Sequence record: CAXMZX020000754.1
Strand: one strand, 5' to 3'
Length of the DNA stretch: 32,000 bases
The translations under genes were made by a program, and so were the position numbers. A model generated the notes under the pieces. It saw nothing but the letters and a program-made list of their open reading frames with translations, was not told the DNA's origin and ran no database searches. Below, one piece after another: positions 1-10,635 of the stretch (position 1 is its first letter; every line of letters starts with the position of its first letter).

Positions 1-192
1 GTCTTTACTGCTATTATTAAAGGTCAAAATATACCAGAACCAGGTATTCCAGAATCTTTTAACGTTCTGCTTCGTGAATTAAATGCCTTAGGATTAGATA
101 TGACAACTCACGAAATTGGTAAATTAGATAATGGTGAAATGACGTCTTATAAAGTTAATTTATTAACTCTTCTTGAGCCAAAATTAGTTTAA
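1..192 (+). CDS. rpoB: RNA polymerase beta subunit, 3' end (5' part lies outside the window)
   Basis: Frame +1 is open from base 1 to TAA at 190-192. The translation ...[28 protein letters not shown]... matches the conserved beta-subunit C-terminus. It sits directly upstream of rpoC1, as in the rpoB-rpoC1-rpoC2 operon. Confidence 0.9.
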   Translation, partial: VFTAIIKGQNIPEPGIPESFNVLLRELNALGLDMTTHEIGKLDNGEMTSYKVNLLTLLEPKLV

Positions 193-212
193 GATTATAA
201 ACATAGATATTT

Positions 213-229
213 AAAAAAAAAAAAAAAAA
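213..229 (+). repeat. A17 homopolymer running into the A of the rpoC1 ATG
   Basis: Direct reading: tt + 17 consecutive A (213-229) followed by tg. The last A is the first base of the start codon. Confidence 0.95.
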
Positions 230-2097
230 TGAAAAATTTAAAACAAAAGTTTGATTATGTAAAAATTAATTTGGCTTCTCCTGAACGTATTAGAGAATGG
301 GCTGAAAAAGTTTTACCTGATGGGGAAATAGTTGGTGAGGTTACTGAACCAGAAACAATTAATTATCGTACCCACAAACCTGAACCGGGTGGGTTATTTT
401 GTGAAAAAATATTTGGGCCTGTTAAAAATTGGGAATGTACTTGTGGTTTACATAAATATAAAACAAAGGATATTTTTTTTTGTGAAGTTTGTGGTGTCGA
501 ATTAACAGAAGCCCGAGTTCGTAGGCATCGTATGGGCTATGTTAAGTTATTATCGCCAGTTGTTCATATTTGGTACCTAAAAGGATTACCAAGCCTTTTG
601 TCAACTATGTTATCTTTGCCTATAAATGAACTTGAATCTGTTATCTACAATGGTAAAGATCCAGACCAAGATGAAGATGAAGATGAAGCTATAGCAAAAT
701 ATGAGGAGATTTTTCTATCATCTTTTTATGATACGCAAGGTGAAGGCTTTTATTATGGTAAAAAACGTCAAGGTGCTGAAATTCTCTATGATGAATTAAA
801 AAAAATTAATTTAAAAGTAGAAATTGAAAAGAATCGTAATATAATGTTTTTTGAGACTTCTAAAAAAAAAGTTGAAACTGCAATCAAAAAAATTCGGTTA
901 TTTGAAAATTTTTTAACCACATGTACGAGGCCAGAATGGGTGGTATTCTATTTCCTTCCTGTTCTTCCCCCTGGTATTCGTCCTATCATAAAATTAGATA
1001 ATGGTCGATTTGCTACTTCAGATTTAAATGAACTTTACCGAAAAGTTATTATTAGAAATAAAAGACTAAAACGACTTATATCTGTTCATGCTCCTAGTGT
1101 TGTTATTTCAACTGAAAAACGAATGATTCAAGAGGCAGTAGACACACTTATTGATAACGGTAAACGAGGTTCCAAGATATTAGATGCGAATAGAAGACCT
1201 TTAAAATCATTAGCTGATATTATTGAAGGGAAACAAGGTAGATTTCGTCAAAACCTATTAGGGAAACGAGTCGATTACTCGGGACGTTCAGTAATTATTG
1301 TAGGTCCTAAACTTAAGTTGAACCAATGTGGTTTACCATACGAGATGGCGATTGAATTATTTTTACCTTTTATTATTTATAGATTACTTTCACAAGGGTT
1401 ATCACATTCAATAAAAAGAGCTAAAAAAATTATCTATGGTAATGAACCCTTTATTTGGTATCTAACTGAAGAAATTTTAAAAAAACATCCAATTATTCTC
1501 AACCGTGCACCAACTTTACATCGTTTAGGGGTTCAAGCTTTTGACCCAGTACTAATAAGGGGGCGTGCCATTCAGTTACATCCTCTTGTTTGTTCGTCTT
1601 TTAATGCAGACTTTGATGGGGATCAAATGGCTGTACATATCCCTTTATCTTTTGAATCTCAATTAGAAACAAGGTTATGCCTATTAGCACCTAATAATTT
1701 TTTATCCCCATCTAGTGGTGAACCAACTCTTCAACCATCACAAGATATGGTTTTAGGATTCTATTATTTGACTACTCAAAATAGAAAAAACTTGAAAGGT
1801 TCAACTAATTACTTTTCTAATTTTAATGAAGTAATCTCTGCATATGAGCAAAAACAATTACAGATACATTCTTCTATTTGGGTTCGTTGCCCGAATGATA
1901 TAAACTTGGATAGCCCATTAAAGTTTATAAAAAAAATTAATCTGTCAAATAAAAATATTCTTGTTATTTATAATAATTTACAACGAAAAGAAACAATGAC
2001 TGGTAAATTATTAGTACAGTATCTCCGTACAACTCCTGGCCGTATTATTTTTAATCAATGTGTTAATGATATATTAAATAAATCAGAGGCGAAATAA
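229..2097 (+). CDS. rpoC1: RNA polymerase beta-prime subunit, N-terminal half (cyanobacterial/plastid split form)
   Basis: 622-aa ORF with N-terminal Cys cluster (CTCG...CEVCG), the RPLKSLADIIEGKQGRFRQNLLGKRVDYSGRSVI block and the catalytic NADFDGDQMAVH motif. Confidence 0.97.
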   Translation: MKNLKQKFDYVKINLASPERIREWAEKVLPDGEIVGEVTEPETINYRTHKPEPGGLFCEKIFGPVKNWECTCGLHKYKTKDIFFCEVCGVELTEARVRRHRMGYVKLLSPVVHIWYLKGLPSLLSTMLSLPINELESVIYNGKDPDQDEDEDEAIAKYEEIFLSSFYDTQGEGFYYGKKRQGAEILYDELKKINLKVEIEKNRNIMFFETSKKKVETAIKKIRLFENFLTTCTRPEWVVFYFLPVLPPGIRPIIKLDNGRFATSDLNELYRKVIIRNKRLKRLISVHAPSVVISTEKRMIQEAVDTLIDNGKRGSKILDANRRPLKSLADIIEGKQGRFRQNLLGKRVDYSGRSVIIVGPKLKLNQCGLPYEMAIELFLPFIIYRLLSQGLSHSIKRAKKIIYGNEPFIWYLTEEILKKHPIILNRAPTLHRLGVQAFDPVLIRGRAIQLHPLVCSSFNADFDGDQMAVHIPLSFESQLETRLCLLAPNNFLSPSSGEPTLQPSQDMVLGFYYLTTQNRKNLKGSTNYFSNFNEVISAYEQKQLQIHSSIWVRCPNDINLDSPLKFIKKINLSNKNILVIYNNLQRKETMTGKLLVQYLRTTPGRIIFNQCVNDILNKSEAK

Positions 2098-2098
2098 A

Positions 2099-5000
2099 AT
2101 GATAAAAGGATCCAAAATTTTTTCAAACAATACAATTAATAAAAAAGAATTAAAGAAAATTATTGAATGGGCGTTTAAAAATTACGGCCAAAGAAAAGCT
2201 GCGTATTTTGTTGACCAATTAAAAGAAATGGGTTTCGAATATGCTACTAAATCTGGAATTTCCATAAGTATTGAAGATTTACGGATTCCGCCTGTAAAAC
2301 TCGAGCTTATGCGTAAAGCATCTTTAGATGCATTTTTAACTGATGTCCAGGCAAAGAATGGTGAAATCACAGAAGTAGAAAGATTTCAGAGAATTATTTC
2401 TATTTGGAATACTACAAGTGAAGAATTAAAAGAGCGTCTTATAGAATTTTTTAAAAAAACTGACCCGTTAAATTCTGTATATATTATGGCCTTTTCTGGG
2501 GCCCGTGGTAATATTTCACAAGTCCGACAATTGGTAGGAATGAGAGGCTTAATGTCTGACCCAAGTGGTAAAATTATTGATCGGGCAATTGGGACGAATT
2601 TCCGCGAAGGTTTATCAGTTACAGATTATATTATTTCTTCTTATGGAGCGAGAAAAGGTTTAGTTGATACAGCAATAAAAACCGCAGATTCTGGGTATTT
2701 AACAAGACGACTTGTTGAGGTTGCTCAAAGCATCATAATTAGTGAATTAGACTGCAAAACTGAACGAGGCGTTTTTTTACAAGAAGGGACAAAAGAGGAA
2801 GATAAAAAAGGGTTTTTATCTCTTACAGAACTTCTTAATGGTAGAGTTTTAGCTTCTTCAATATATAAACCTGGAACTAAAACAATCCTTGCCTGTAGAA
2901 ATCAAGAAATCACAGCTCCGCTTATAGAAAATTTAATTAAATTTAATATTAATAAAGTACTAGTGAGATCCCCACTGACTTGTGAATGTCGACGAGCTGT
3001 TTGTCAACATTGTTATGGGTGGAATTTAGCTTTAGGTAGTTTAGTAGAATTAGGTGAAACAGTTGGGTTGATTGCAGCTCAATCAATTGGTGAACCTGGG
3101 ACCCAATTAACAATGAGAACTTTTCATACTGGCGGAGTTTTTACCAGTGAATTAATTCGTCAAGGCCGCATAAACTATTCTGGTTATTTAGATTTTATGT
3201 CTGAGTTAAAGGTTTCTCCATACCGTACTAAATATGGTCACAATGTTCTAATAAGTGAAAATACATCTTGGTTAGGGATTATTAATTATAAAAACAAAAT
3301 TATAAGACTCCCAATTGTTGCAGATACGATAATTTTTTCTAAAAATCATGAGTATATTCAAAATAATCAGGTTCTATTAGAAGCTGCTCCTAAAATAAAA
3401 GAGATGGCTCTTGGGGAAAAAGAAATAAAATATGTTAATGCAAGGCATCCGGGTAAACTTATTTTGGGGAAAAATGGTTCTCCGCAAGATTATAGTAAAC
3501 AAAATGTTGCAGAATTTCGAAAAAGAGGTAAAAAAAATTATAGTTTTTGGGTTTTATCTGGAGAAGTTTTAGCTACTGCTTTTGATACATTAGTAAGAGC
3601 AAGACTATTGGAGAAGATTTATAAAGATCAATCTGTAGCACAATCAAGAATAGTTACAACTATAGGTGGTTTTATTAAGTTTTCTAAAAATAAACTAACT
3701 CAAGAATTACTTGGGGTAAAAACCCAAAATTATAGCTGTTCTAAAAATATTTTTAGAATCTTTCTTGAAAGCAATCATATTGGAATCTCTGATTGTAAAA
3801 TTTATTTATCTCATTACCATCAAATTACATTAAAGCCACAATTAATAAATAAGCGATTATTTTCTTTTGGTTCTTTATCTAATAAAAAATATAAAACAAA
3901 AACTGGTGGTAATTTTTATATTTCGAATCTATATAAACCAAGAATAATAGGAAAAAAATTAAATAATAAGCTAAAATCTGGCTCAACAATTTTTTATTTA
4001 CCAGAAGCAACAATTCAAACAATCTCAAAAAAAAAAGACTTTAAGTTTAAAAACGGTAGTTATGTAAAAAAACATGAAGAAATTTTTCCTGATTATTTTA
4101 TCTCGATAAATGGCTTTATTAATTTTAAAATCCAAGAACTAACGAAGTCCATTACTATTAAACCTGGACAACGATATAAATTAAGCAAAGAATTAAAAAA
4201 TTTTAAAGATATTAATGAGCAAATTTTTTATCCTGGGGAATTGATACTGGATCAGTTTGAGGTTTACGTTTTAAGCTATATAGAACTTGAGAATAATAAT
4301 GGGGAGACATATTTATATGTTCGTCCTATAACTCGTTATGAGTTTACAAACGAACAGCCAATCCAATTTTTAAATTCAAATTCTTTTGCTCCACTTAATT
4401 TAATTGTTGAAGACTTTAAAATACAAGTCATATCAGGCCAACAAGTTAAAATTGATAAACCAATACAATTTATCGATTCTCCTTTAACAATTGATTATTC
4501 TCTTGATTTAGATGATACAGAATTAGTTTTTGAATTTAAACAACCTGAGAAAAAAAATTCTTATAGTCAAATTAGTTTTATTTACTCTCAACTTTTTATT
4601 TTTGATGATTTAATTCCAAAAGAAATAAAAAGAACTGATGTGGAGGTCAATTTATTAGTAGAAGAAAACCAATTTACTGACCCTTACACGATTATTGGTA
4701 CATTCGATACTTTATCACCTTTTAATAATATTATTTCGAGTATTAAAAAAAAATCTAACAAAACTAGGTCCGAAATATTATTAACAACAAAATCTGATTA
4801 TAAAGAGATTTTTTTAGATACTTTTACTCATAATTATGAACAAAATAAGTTTTTTAAAACTTATAAATTATTTAATAATGAACTTTTAATTGAAGATGAT
4901 GGCTTATTGAAAGAGGTGAGTGGTAATAAGATCGTTTTACATTTAGGTCAAGCGTATTTTTTTTCTACAGGAGCATTAATTCGCAAAATACCTGGTGATT

Positions 5001-5935
5001 ATATTAGACGACAAGAAACTTTAGGACAATTAATATTTGAGCGCTTAAGAACTGGTGATATTGTTCAAGGTTTACCCAAAATTAATAATATTTTAGAAGC
5101 CCGTAAACCTAAAATTGAGTCATTAATTTCGACCAAACCAGGTTTTATTAATTCTATTAAATATACTTCTAACTTTATTCAAATTATTACCAAGCCATCA
5201 ATAAAAAATCATTATTATAACGTTTCTCGTTCTCAAAGATTAATGGTTAAAAGGTATGAATCTGTGTCCGTTGGACAACCTTTGACACAGGGGTCTGTAA
5301 ACCCTCATACTCTGCTTCACGTTTATTTCCGTTATTTTTGTTCATTAAAAGTATTATCTACATATGAATCAGCTTATCGTAGTTTAAAAAAATTGCAAGG
5401 ATTGTTATTAACCTCAGTTCAAGCTATTTATGTTTCACAAGGAGTAATGATTTCTAGTAAGCATGTCGAATTAATCGTTAGAGAAATGACCCAAAAAGTT
5501 TATATCGAGGACCCTGGTAAAACTCAATTTTTACCCGGCGATATTATAGATTTAGATCAAGCTCAATATATTAATCTTTGTATTAAAAATAGTAACCAAT
5601 TAGGGTTTCGTCCTATTTTATTAGGAATTACAAAGTCTTCTTTGAAAACAGACAGTTTTTTAGCGGCAGCGAGTTTCCAAGAAACTACTAGAGTTTTAAC
5701 AAAAGCTGCGATACAAGGAAAAACAGATTGGCTTAGAGGGTTAAAGGAAAATGCTATAACTGGAAGATTAATACCAGCAGGTACGGGGTTTTATATTAAT
5801 AAAGATATTACTTCTACTAAAATTTTATTACCTTTAAGTTCAACAAAGGAACAAAAAAATTCAAGTTTAAAAACTCAATTAAAATTAAAAGAAGCAAAGC
5901 TAAAAAAATTAGTCCGTTTTAAATATAATAAATGA
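2099..5935 (+). CDS. rpoC2: RNA polymerase beta-double-prime subunit
   Basis: 1278-aa ORF whose ATG lies 1 nt after the rpoC1 TAA. Conserved blocks are SGARGN..QVRQLVGMRGLM, GARKGLVDTAIKTADSGYLTRRLV, GEPGTQLTMRTFHTGG and the C-terminal SFQETTRVLTKAAIQGKTDWLRGLKENAITGRLIPAGTG. The K/N/I-rich central part fits the lineage-variable insertion known in cyanobacterial and plastid beta-double-prime. Confidence 0.96.
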   Translation: MIKGSKIFSNNTINKKELKKIIEWAFKNYGQRKAAYFVDQLKEMGFEYATKSGISISIEDLRIPPVKLELMRKASLDAFLTDVQAKNGEITEVERFQRIISIWNTTSEELKERLIEFFKKTDPLNSVYIMAFSGARGNISQVRQLVGMRGLMSDPSGKIIDRAIGTNFREGLSVTDYIISSYGARKGLVDTAIKTADSGYLTRRLVEVAQSIIISELDCKTERGVFLQEGTKEEDKKGFLSLTELLNGRVLASSIYKPGTKTILACRNQEITAPLIENLIKFNINKVLVRSPLTCECRRAVCQHCYGWNLALGSLVELGETVGLIAAQSIGEPGTQLTMRTFHTGGVFTSELIRQGRINYSGYLDFMSELKVSPYRTKYGHNVLISENTSWLGIINYKNKIIRLPIVADTIIFSKNHEYIQNNQVLLEAAPKIKEMALGEKEIKYVNARHPGKLILGKNGSPQDYSKQNVAEFRKRGKKNYSFWVLSGEVLATAFDTLVRARLLEKIYKDQSVAQSRIVTTIGGFIKFSKNKLTQELLGVKTQNYSCSKNIFRIFLESNHIGISDCKIYLSHYHQITLKPQLINKRLFSFGSLSNKKYKTKTGGNFYISNLYKPRIIGKKLNNKLKSGSTIFYLPEATIQTISKKKDFKFKNGSYVKKHEEIFPDYFISINGFINFKIQELTKSITIKPGQRYKLSKELKNFKDINEQIFYPGELILDQFEVYVLSYIELENNNGETYLYVRPITRYEFTNEQPIQFLNSNSFAPLNLIVEDFKIQVISGQQVKIDKPIQFIDSPLTIDYSLDLDDTELVFEFKQPEKKNSYSQISFIYSQLFIFDDLIPKEIKRTDVEVNLLVEENQFTDPYTIIGTFDTLSPFNNIISSIKKKSNKTRSEILLTTKSDYKEIFLDTFTHNYEQNKFFKTYKLFNNELLIEDDGLLKEVSGNKIVLHLGQAYFFSTGALIRKIPGDYIRRQETLGQLIFERLRTGDIVQGLPKINNILEARKPKIESLISTKPGFINSIKYTSNFIQIITKPSIKNHYYNVSRSQRLMVKRYESVSVGQPLTQGSVNPHTLLHVYFRYFCSLKVLSTYESAYRSLKKLQGLLLTSVQAIYVSQGVMISSKHVELIVREMTQKVYIEDPGKTQFLPGDIIDLDQAQYINLCIKNSNQLGFRPILLGITKSSLKTDSFLAAASFQETTRVLTKAAIQGKTDWLRGLKENAITGRLIPAGTGFYINKDITSTKILLPLSSTKEQKNSSLKTQLKLKEAKLKKLVRFKYNK

Positions 5936-5963
5936 TAACTCTAATTAAAAGATTAAAAGTCTG

Positions 5964-5981
5964 CTATACTAATTAGTATAG
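5964..5981 (+). terminator. 18-nt perfect palindrome 29 nt downstream of rpoC2 (possible 3' stem-loop)
   Basis: ctatactaa|ttagtatag read directly; the arms are exact reverse complements. It is short and AT-rich, so function is uncertain. Confidence 0.3.
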
Positions 5982-6074
5982 ATACTAGAACAATAATAAT
6001 TATTATTTAAAATATACAGTTTGTTGCAAAGAATCAATTAAAATATATATATTAAAAAAAGGATGGTTATTTTT

Positions 6075-6770
6075 ATGGCTAAGATTGAATTGGCTCAACT
6101 TTTAGATGCAGGTGTACATTTTGGGCATAAAGCTCATCGTTGGAATCCAAAGATGTTTCCTTACATCTATGCAGAACGTAATGGGATACATATTTTAGAT
6201 TTAATTCAGACAACTGAATTTTTAAAAAGAGCTTGTTATTTTAGTAAAAGAGCATCAGAAAAAAAACAAACATTTTTATTCGTAGGCACAAAAAAACAAG
6301 CTGCTTCATTAATTGCTATTGAAGCACAAAAATGTGGAGCATTTTATATAAACCACCGTTGGTTAGGTGGTATGTTAACAAATTGGGTAACTATAAAAAG
6401 TAGAATTGATCGGTTAAATGATTTAGAAACACAAGAAAAATTAAATTCTTTTAGCAATTTGCCTAAGAAAGAAGCCTCAAATTTAAAAAAAGAACTTGAA
6501 AAACTTAAAAAATATTTTAATGGTGTTAAAGGAATGAAAAAAATGCCTGATATTCTAGTAATAATAGATCAAAAGCGTGAAATTATTGCTATTAAAGAAG
6601 CTCTTTCCTTGAATATCCCTATTATCTCAATTTTAGATACTAATTGTGACCCAGATTTAGCTACAATACCAATCCCAGGTAATGATGACTCTATCAGATC
6701 AATCAAATATATTATTCAAAATATAGCAGATAGTATTTGTTTAGGGCAACAAAATTCTTTAAAAAGTTAA
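6075..6770 (+). CDS. rps2: 30S ribosomal protein S2
   Basis: ORF 6063-6770. The homologous region starts at [27 protein letters not shown] (ATG at 6075), and an aaagga element lies about 12 nt upstream. The in-frame ATG at 6063 would add only MVIF. Confidence 0.93.
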   Translation: MAKIELAQLLDAGVHFGHKAHRWNPKMFPYIYAERNGIHILDLIQTTEFLKRACYFSKRASEKKQTFLFVGTKKQAASLIAIEAQKCGAFYINHRWLGGMLTNWVTIKSRIDRLNDLETQEKLNSFSNLPKKEASNLKKELEKLKKYFNGVKGMKKMPDILVIIDQKREIIAIKEALSLNIPIISILDTNCDPDLATIPIPGNDDSIRSIKYIIQNIADSICLGQQNSLKS

Positions 6771-6816
6771 ACCAGTAAATTAAATAAACTATTAGAAGTA
6801 AGGATAAGAAACTACT

Positions 6817-7419
6817 ATGTTACTACATATTGATGCAGAAAGAGTTAGAGAATTAAGACATAAAACTGGTGCAGGTATGATGAATTGCAAAAAAGCCTTA
6901 TTAGAGTCGAATGGCAATTTTGAATATGCTATTAAAAGTTTACGTGAAAAAGGTCAAGTTTCTGCTCATCAAAAAATAAATCGTAAAACAATTGAAGGAC
7001 TTGTAAATAGTTATATTCATATAGGTGGAAGAATTGGTGTATTGATTGAAGTTAATTGTGAAACGGATTTTGTTGCACGTAGAGAAGAATTTCAAGAATT
7101 AGTTCAAAACCTTGCAATGCAAATTGCAGCTTGTCCGGATGTCCTTTATATTAAAAATGAGGATATCCCAGAAGATATTTTTCTTGCAGAAAAAACGATT
7201 GAGCTAGAGAAAGATGATTTAAATAATAAGCCAGATGATATTAAAGAGAAAATTGTTTTAGGGCGAGTTGATAAAACCTTAAAAAATTTAAGTTTACTTA
7301 ATCAGCCTTTTATAAAGGACAATAATATTACTGTTGATGAATTAATAAAAGAAAAAATTAGTCTTTTTGGTGAAAATATAAGAATAAAAAGATTTACTCG
7401 TTACACATTAGGTAATTAA
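6817..7419 (+). CDS. tsf: Translation elongation factor Ts
   Basis: 200-aa ORF with the N-terminal UBA-like signature VRELRHKTGAGMMNCKKALLESNGNFEYAIKSLREKG and the LIEVNCETDFVARREEF block. A plastid-encoded tsf is typical of red-lineage plastids. Confidence 0.92.
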   Translation: MLLHIDAERVRELRHKTGAGMMNCKKALLESNGNFEYAIKSLREKGQVSAHQKINRKTIEGLVNSYIHIGGRIGVLIEVNCETDFVARREEFQELVQNLAMQIAACPDVLYIKNEDIPEDIFLAEKTIELEKDDLNNKPDDIKEKIVLGRVDKTLKNLSLLNQPFIKDNNITVDELIKEKISLFGENIRIKRFTRYTLGN

Positions 7420-7569
7420 TCATTACATGATAGAAAAGTTTTTTTTTCTCTACTTTTATCCCTTAAGTAGTTTAGACTATAATAAATTCAGTCTAAAGTT
7501 TCGTAGTACTCATCTGTATACGTATTTTTGTATAAGGTGTTATAACTTATCTCTTTACTATAATTAAAT

Positions 7570-8313
7570 ATGAATATTCTCCAAAATCCTAATATCATTA
7601 ATTTAAAATCATTAAGCCTTTTGTCAGACATTGAAGTTGGAAAACATCTATATTGGGAAATAAACGATATTACTTTCCATGGCCAGGTTATAATTGTTAG
7701 CTCGTTCGTAATACTATTGACACTTTTATTTTCATTCTTAGGGACTTCAAATAAGAATATAATTCCAAATGGTTGGCAGAATTTTATGGAGTCTGTTGTC
7801 GAATTTGTTAAAGAGATTGCTCAGAACCAACTTGGTAATGAATATAGACCATGGTTACCATTTATTGGAACTTTATTTTTATTCGTTTTTGGTTGTAACT
7901 GGGCAGGGGCTGTAATTCCTTGGAAATTAATAAAACTTTCCGAAGGTGAGTTTGGAGCTCCAACAAATGATATAAATACAACTGTAGCTTTAGCATTGTT
8001 AACATCCTTTATGTATTTTTATGCAGGCTTAAGTACAAAAGGGTTTGGTTACTTTAAACGTTATATCGAACCTACACCTCTCTTGTTACCAATTAATATT
8101 TTAGAAGATTTTACAAAACCTCTATCATTAAGTTTTCGTTTATTTGGTAATATTTTAGCCGATGAATTAACTGTCTCTGTATTAGCTTTATTAGTTCCAT
8201 TAATTGTACCATTGCCGGTGATGCTCTTAGGTGTATTTGCTAGTTCAGTCCAAGCCTTAATTTTTTCAACTTTAGCTGGGGCTTATATTGCTGAAGCGGT
8301 TGAGGGACATTAA
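7570..8313 (+). CDS. atpI: ATP synthase CF0 subunit a (subunit IV)
   Basis: 247-aa polytopic membrane ORF with the conserved [17 protein letters not shown] motif (essential Arg). It is first in the atpI-H-G-F-D-A cluster. Confidence 0.96.
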   Translation: MNILQNPNIINLKSLSLLSDIEVGKHLYWEINDITFHGQVIIVSSFVILLTLLFSFLGTSNKNIIPNGWQNFMESVVEFVKEIAQNQLGNEYRPWLPFIGTLFLFVFGCNWAGAVIPWKLIKLSEGEFGAPTNDINTTVALALLTSFMYFYAGLSTKGFGYFKRYIEPTPLLLPINILEDFTKPLSLSFRLFGNILADELTVSVLALLVPLIVPLPVMLLGVFASSVQALIFSTLAGAYIAEAVEGH

Positions 8314-8348
8314 TTAGAATTATGTTTAATAATAAAAAAATTTATTAG

Positions 8349-8639
<291 letters not shown>

Positions 8640-8757
8640 TCTTTAATATAATAATTATTGCTAAAAGTGTTTTTAATTAAACAATTAAGAACATATTTGG
8701 TAATAATTAGTTATCCTTCCCCAAAAAAAATTTTATTTTTAATACTAAAACTAAAAA

Positions 8758-9231
8758 ATGTTTGATAACTATAACTCCATTTTAATACTAAGTACGGAAA
8801 AAACTGGAGGATTATTTGATTTTGATGGAACACTCCCAGTTATAGCATTGCAATTTATAATCTTTATGTTTGTTTTAAATTTCATTTTATATACACCTTT
8901 ATTAAATAGTATCGACGAAAGAAACTTATATATAAGTAAAAGCTTAGCTGATGCTACAAGTATATTAGCGAAGTCAAATGAATTAAATGTAAAATATGAA
9001 AAAAAGACATCTAAAGCTCGCAAAGCAGTAACATTAGATTTATTAACTTACCAAACTTTATATAAAGATATCTTAGAGGAAAAAATGAAATCCTCTGAAA
9101 TCTTTATTGATAAATTTTTAATTGAGACTACGAAAAATTTTGAAGATAATAAAAAAAATATTTTAAAAAGCTTTGATACTGAAATAGATTCTTTAAGTAA
9201 TCAAATTCTAAAAAAGATAATGAAATCATAA
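8758..9231 (+). CDS. atpG: ATP synthase CF0 subunit b-prime (subunit II)
   Basis: 157 aa with GGLFDFDGTLPVIALQFIIFMFVLNFILYTPL, a single TM helix and a long charged helix, at the expected position between atpH and atpF. Confidence 0.88.
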   Translation: MFDNYNSILILSTEKTGGLFDFDGTLPVIALQFIIFMFVLNFILYTPLLNSIDERNLYISKSLADATSILAKSNELNVKYEKKTSKARKAVTLDLLTYQTLYKDILEEKMKSSEIFIDKFLIETTKNFEDNKKNILKSFDTEIDSLSNQILKKIMKS

Positions 9232-9303
9232 TAAAACTTTTAAGCTAATTTTATTTATAATAATACCAATGAAAATTTAAATATATTAATTAATTATTAA
9301 AAA

Positions 9304-9828
9304 ATGAAAAGTTATATACATTACTTTGTGTCAAATGAAAATTTTGGGATAAGATTAAACACAGATATATTTGAATCAAACATTATAAATATAATCTTGT
9401 TGCTTGTAATATTATTTGTTGTACTAAAAAAATTTTTAACAGAAAATCTTACAGCGCGTAAAGAAAAAATTGTTCAAGGTATCGAAAATGCCGAAACACG
9501 TTTGGCTGATTCCAATAAACGCTATAATGAAGCTAAAAAACAATGGGCACAAATGGACATTATTATTAAAGAAATCAACCAGCAAATGGAAATAACAAAA
9601 CAAAATATTTTAAAGCTGAAGTGGGAGCAAGGAAAAGAGGATCTCTCTAAAAAATTCACAACAGCAATAGTGGTTCTACGTAACAAGGAAAATAAGATTT
9701 TCACTGATGTTACTAAGGAAGTTTCTAAAAAAGCACTAACTCAGGTAATTCTAAAGCTTAAAAAGCAATTGGGAAAAGCTGAACAATCCGCTATTGTAAA
9801 TCTGAAAATAACGCAATTAGGAGAATAA
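9304..9828 (+). CDS. atpF: ATP synthase CF0 subunit b (subunit I)
   Basis: 174 aa with one N-terminal TM helix (IINIILLLVILFVVL) followed by a K/E-rich coiled-coil. No intron. Its position in the operon fits. Confidence 0.88.
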   Translation: MKSYIHYFVSNENFGIRLNTDIFESNIINIILLLVILFVVLKKFLTENLTARKEKIVQGIENAETRLADSNKRYNEAKKQWAQMDIIIKEINQQMEITKQNILKLKWEQGKEDLSKKFTTAIVVLRNKENKIFTDVTKEVSKKALTQVILKLKKQLGKAEQSAIVNLKITQLGE

Positions 9829-9830
9829 TA

Positions 9831-10451
9831 ATGGCTAACACAATGTTTGGGGCAAAAATTGCCAATCCATATTCAGAAGCCCTATTACAATTAGGCTTAG
9901 ATTTATATCTAAAAGAAAAAAATACGGAGACTGAGGTTTTTTTTCAAGTTATTTTTGATATGGAAAATTTATTAACAATATTAGAACTAACCCCAACCTT
10001 AGAAAAATATTTAGCTAATCCTTTGATTAAAGACAGTGATAAAAAGAATGTTTTAGAAAAATGTTTAACAACAAAAACAAGTGCTACAACAAAAAACTTT
10101 TTAATGCTATTAGTGGATAAAAAAAGAATAGGTTTTCTTCAAATTATTACACAAACTTTTTTAGATAAAGCTTATGCTTTTGTTTGTCTTAAATTTGTGG
10201 AAGTTTATTCAGCATCTGTATTAACTAAAAAGCAAAAAACAGAGCTAGTAGAAAAACTAAAAATATTATTAGGGCCTGAATTTACAACTTCTAAAACTTA
10301 TTATTCGAAAATTAATGTAACATTTAGAATAGATAAAGAAATTTTAGGTGGTTTTATTATTAAAGTTGATTCTAAAATCATTGATTTAAGCGTACGTGGT
10401 GAATTAGAAGGTTTGGCAAGACAAATGGATATTAACTTATTAACTTATTAA
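9831..10451 (+). CDS. atpD: ATP synthase CF1 delta subunit
   Basis: 206 aa. The ATG lies 2 nt after the atpF TAA, with ggag inside the atpF 3' end. OSCP/delta-like N-terminus KIANPYSEALLQLG and C-terminal ILGGFIIKVDSKIIDLSVRGELE. Confidence 0.88.
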   Translation: MANTMFGAKIANPYSEALLQLGLDLYLKEKNTETEVFFQVIFDMENLLTILELTPTLEKYLANPLIKDSDKKNVLEKCLTTKTSATTKNFLMLLVDKKRIGFLQIITQTFLDKAYAFVCLKFVEVYSASVLTKKQKTELVEKLKILLGPEFTTSKTYYSKINVTFRIDKEILGGFIIKVDSKIIDLSVRGELEGLARQMDINLLTY

Positions 10452-10463
10452 CTTATTAACTTT
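10432..10463 (+). repeat. Tandem octamer (TTAACTTA), about 3.9 copies, spanning the atpD stop codon
   Basis: Direct reading: ttaactta ttaactta ttaactta ttaactt. The atpD TAA (10449-10451) lies inside the third unit. Confidence 0.9.
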
Positions 10464-10635
10464 GTTCCAATAAAGTGGACCTAGTCTACCCGAGTAATTT
10501 TTACTAGAGAAAGGAATTTATTATTGGGCTTTTGGTTACAAATCTTAATTCTAATTATTACTTATAAAAAAGATTCAGTTTCTTTTTCCTATAATTTAAA
10601 GTTCTTATCTAAAAGAAGAATAAATTGATTATATT

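Noticed and set aside
2182-2370. 62-aa minus-strand ORF inside rpoC2
   Set aside because: It is fully antisense to a strongly conserved coding region, so it is a shadow ORF. It has no SD and no recognisable product.
3200-5100. The long K/N/I-rich, poorly conserved central part of rpoC2, considered as a possible foreign insertion or intein
   Set aside because: The frame is continuous, composition matches the native AT-rich background (22/120 G+C at 3841-3960), and there are no intein splice motifs. Cyanobacterial and plastid beta-double-prime is known to carry a large variable insertion domain at this position.
8769-9023. 84-aa minus-strand ORF antisense to atpG (also 9522-9704, antisense to atpF)
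   Set aside because: These are shadow ORFs opposite well-supported ATP synthase genes. Their peptides are low-complexity and have no homology signal.
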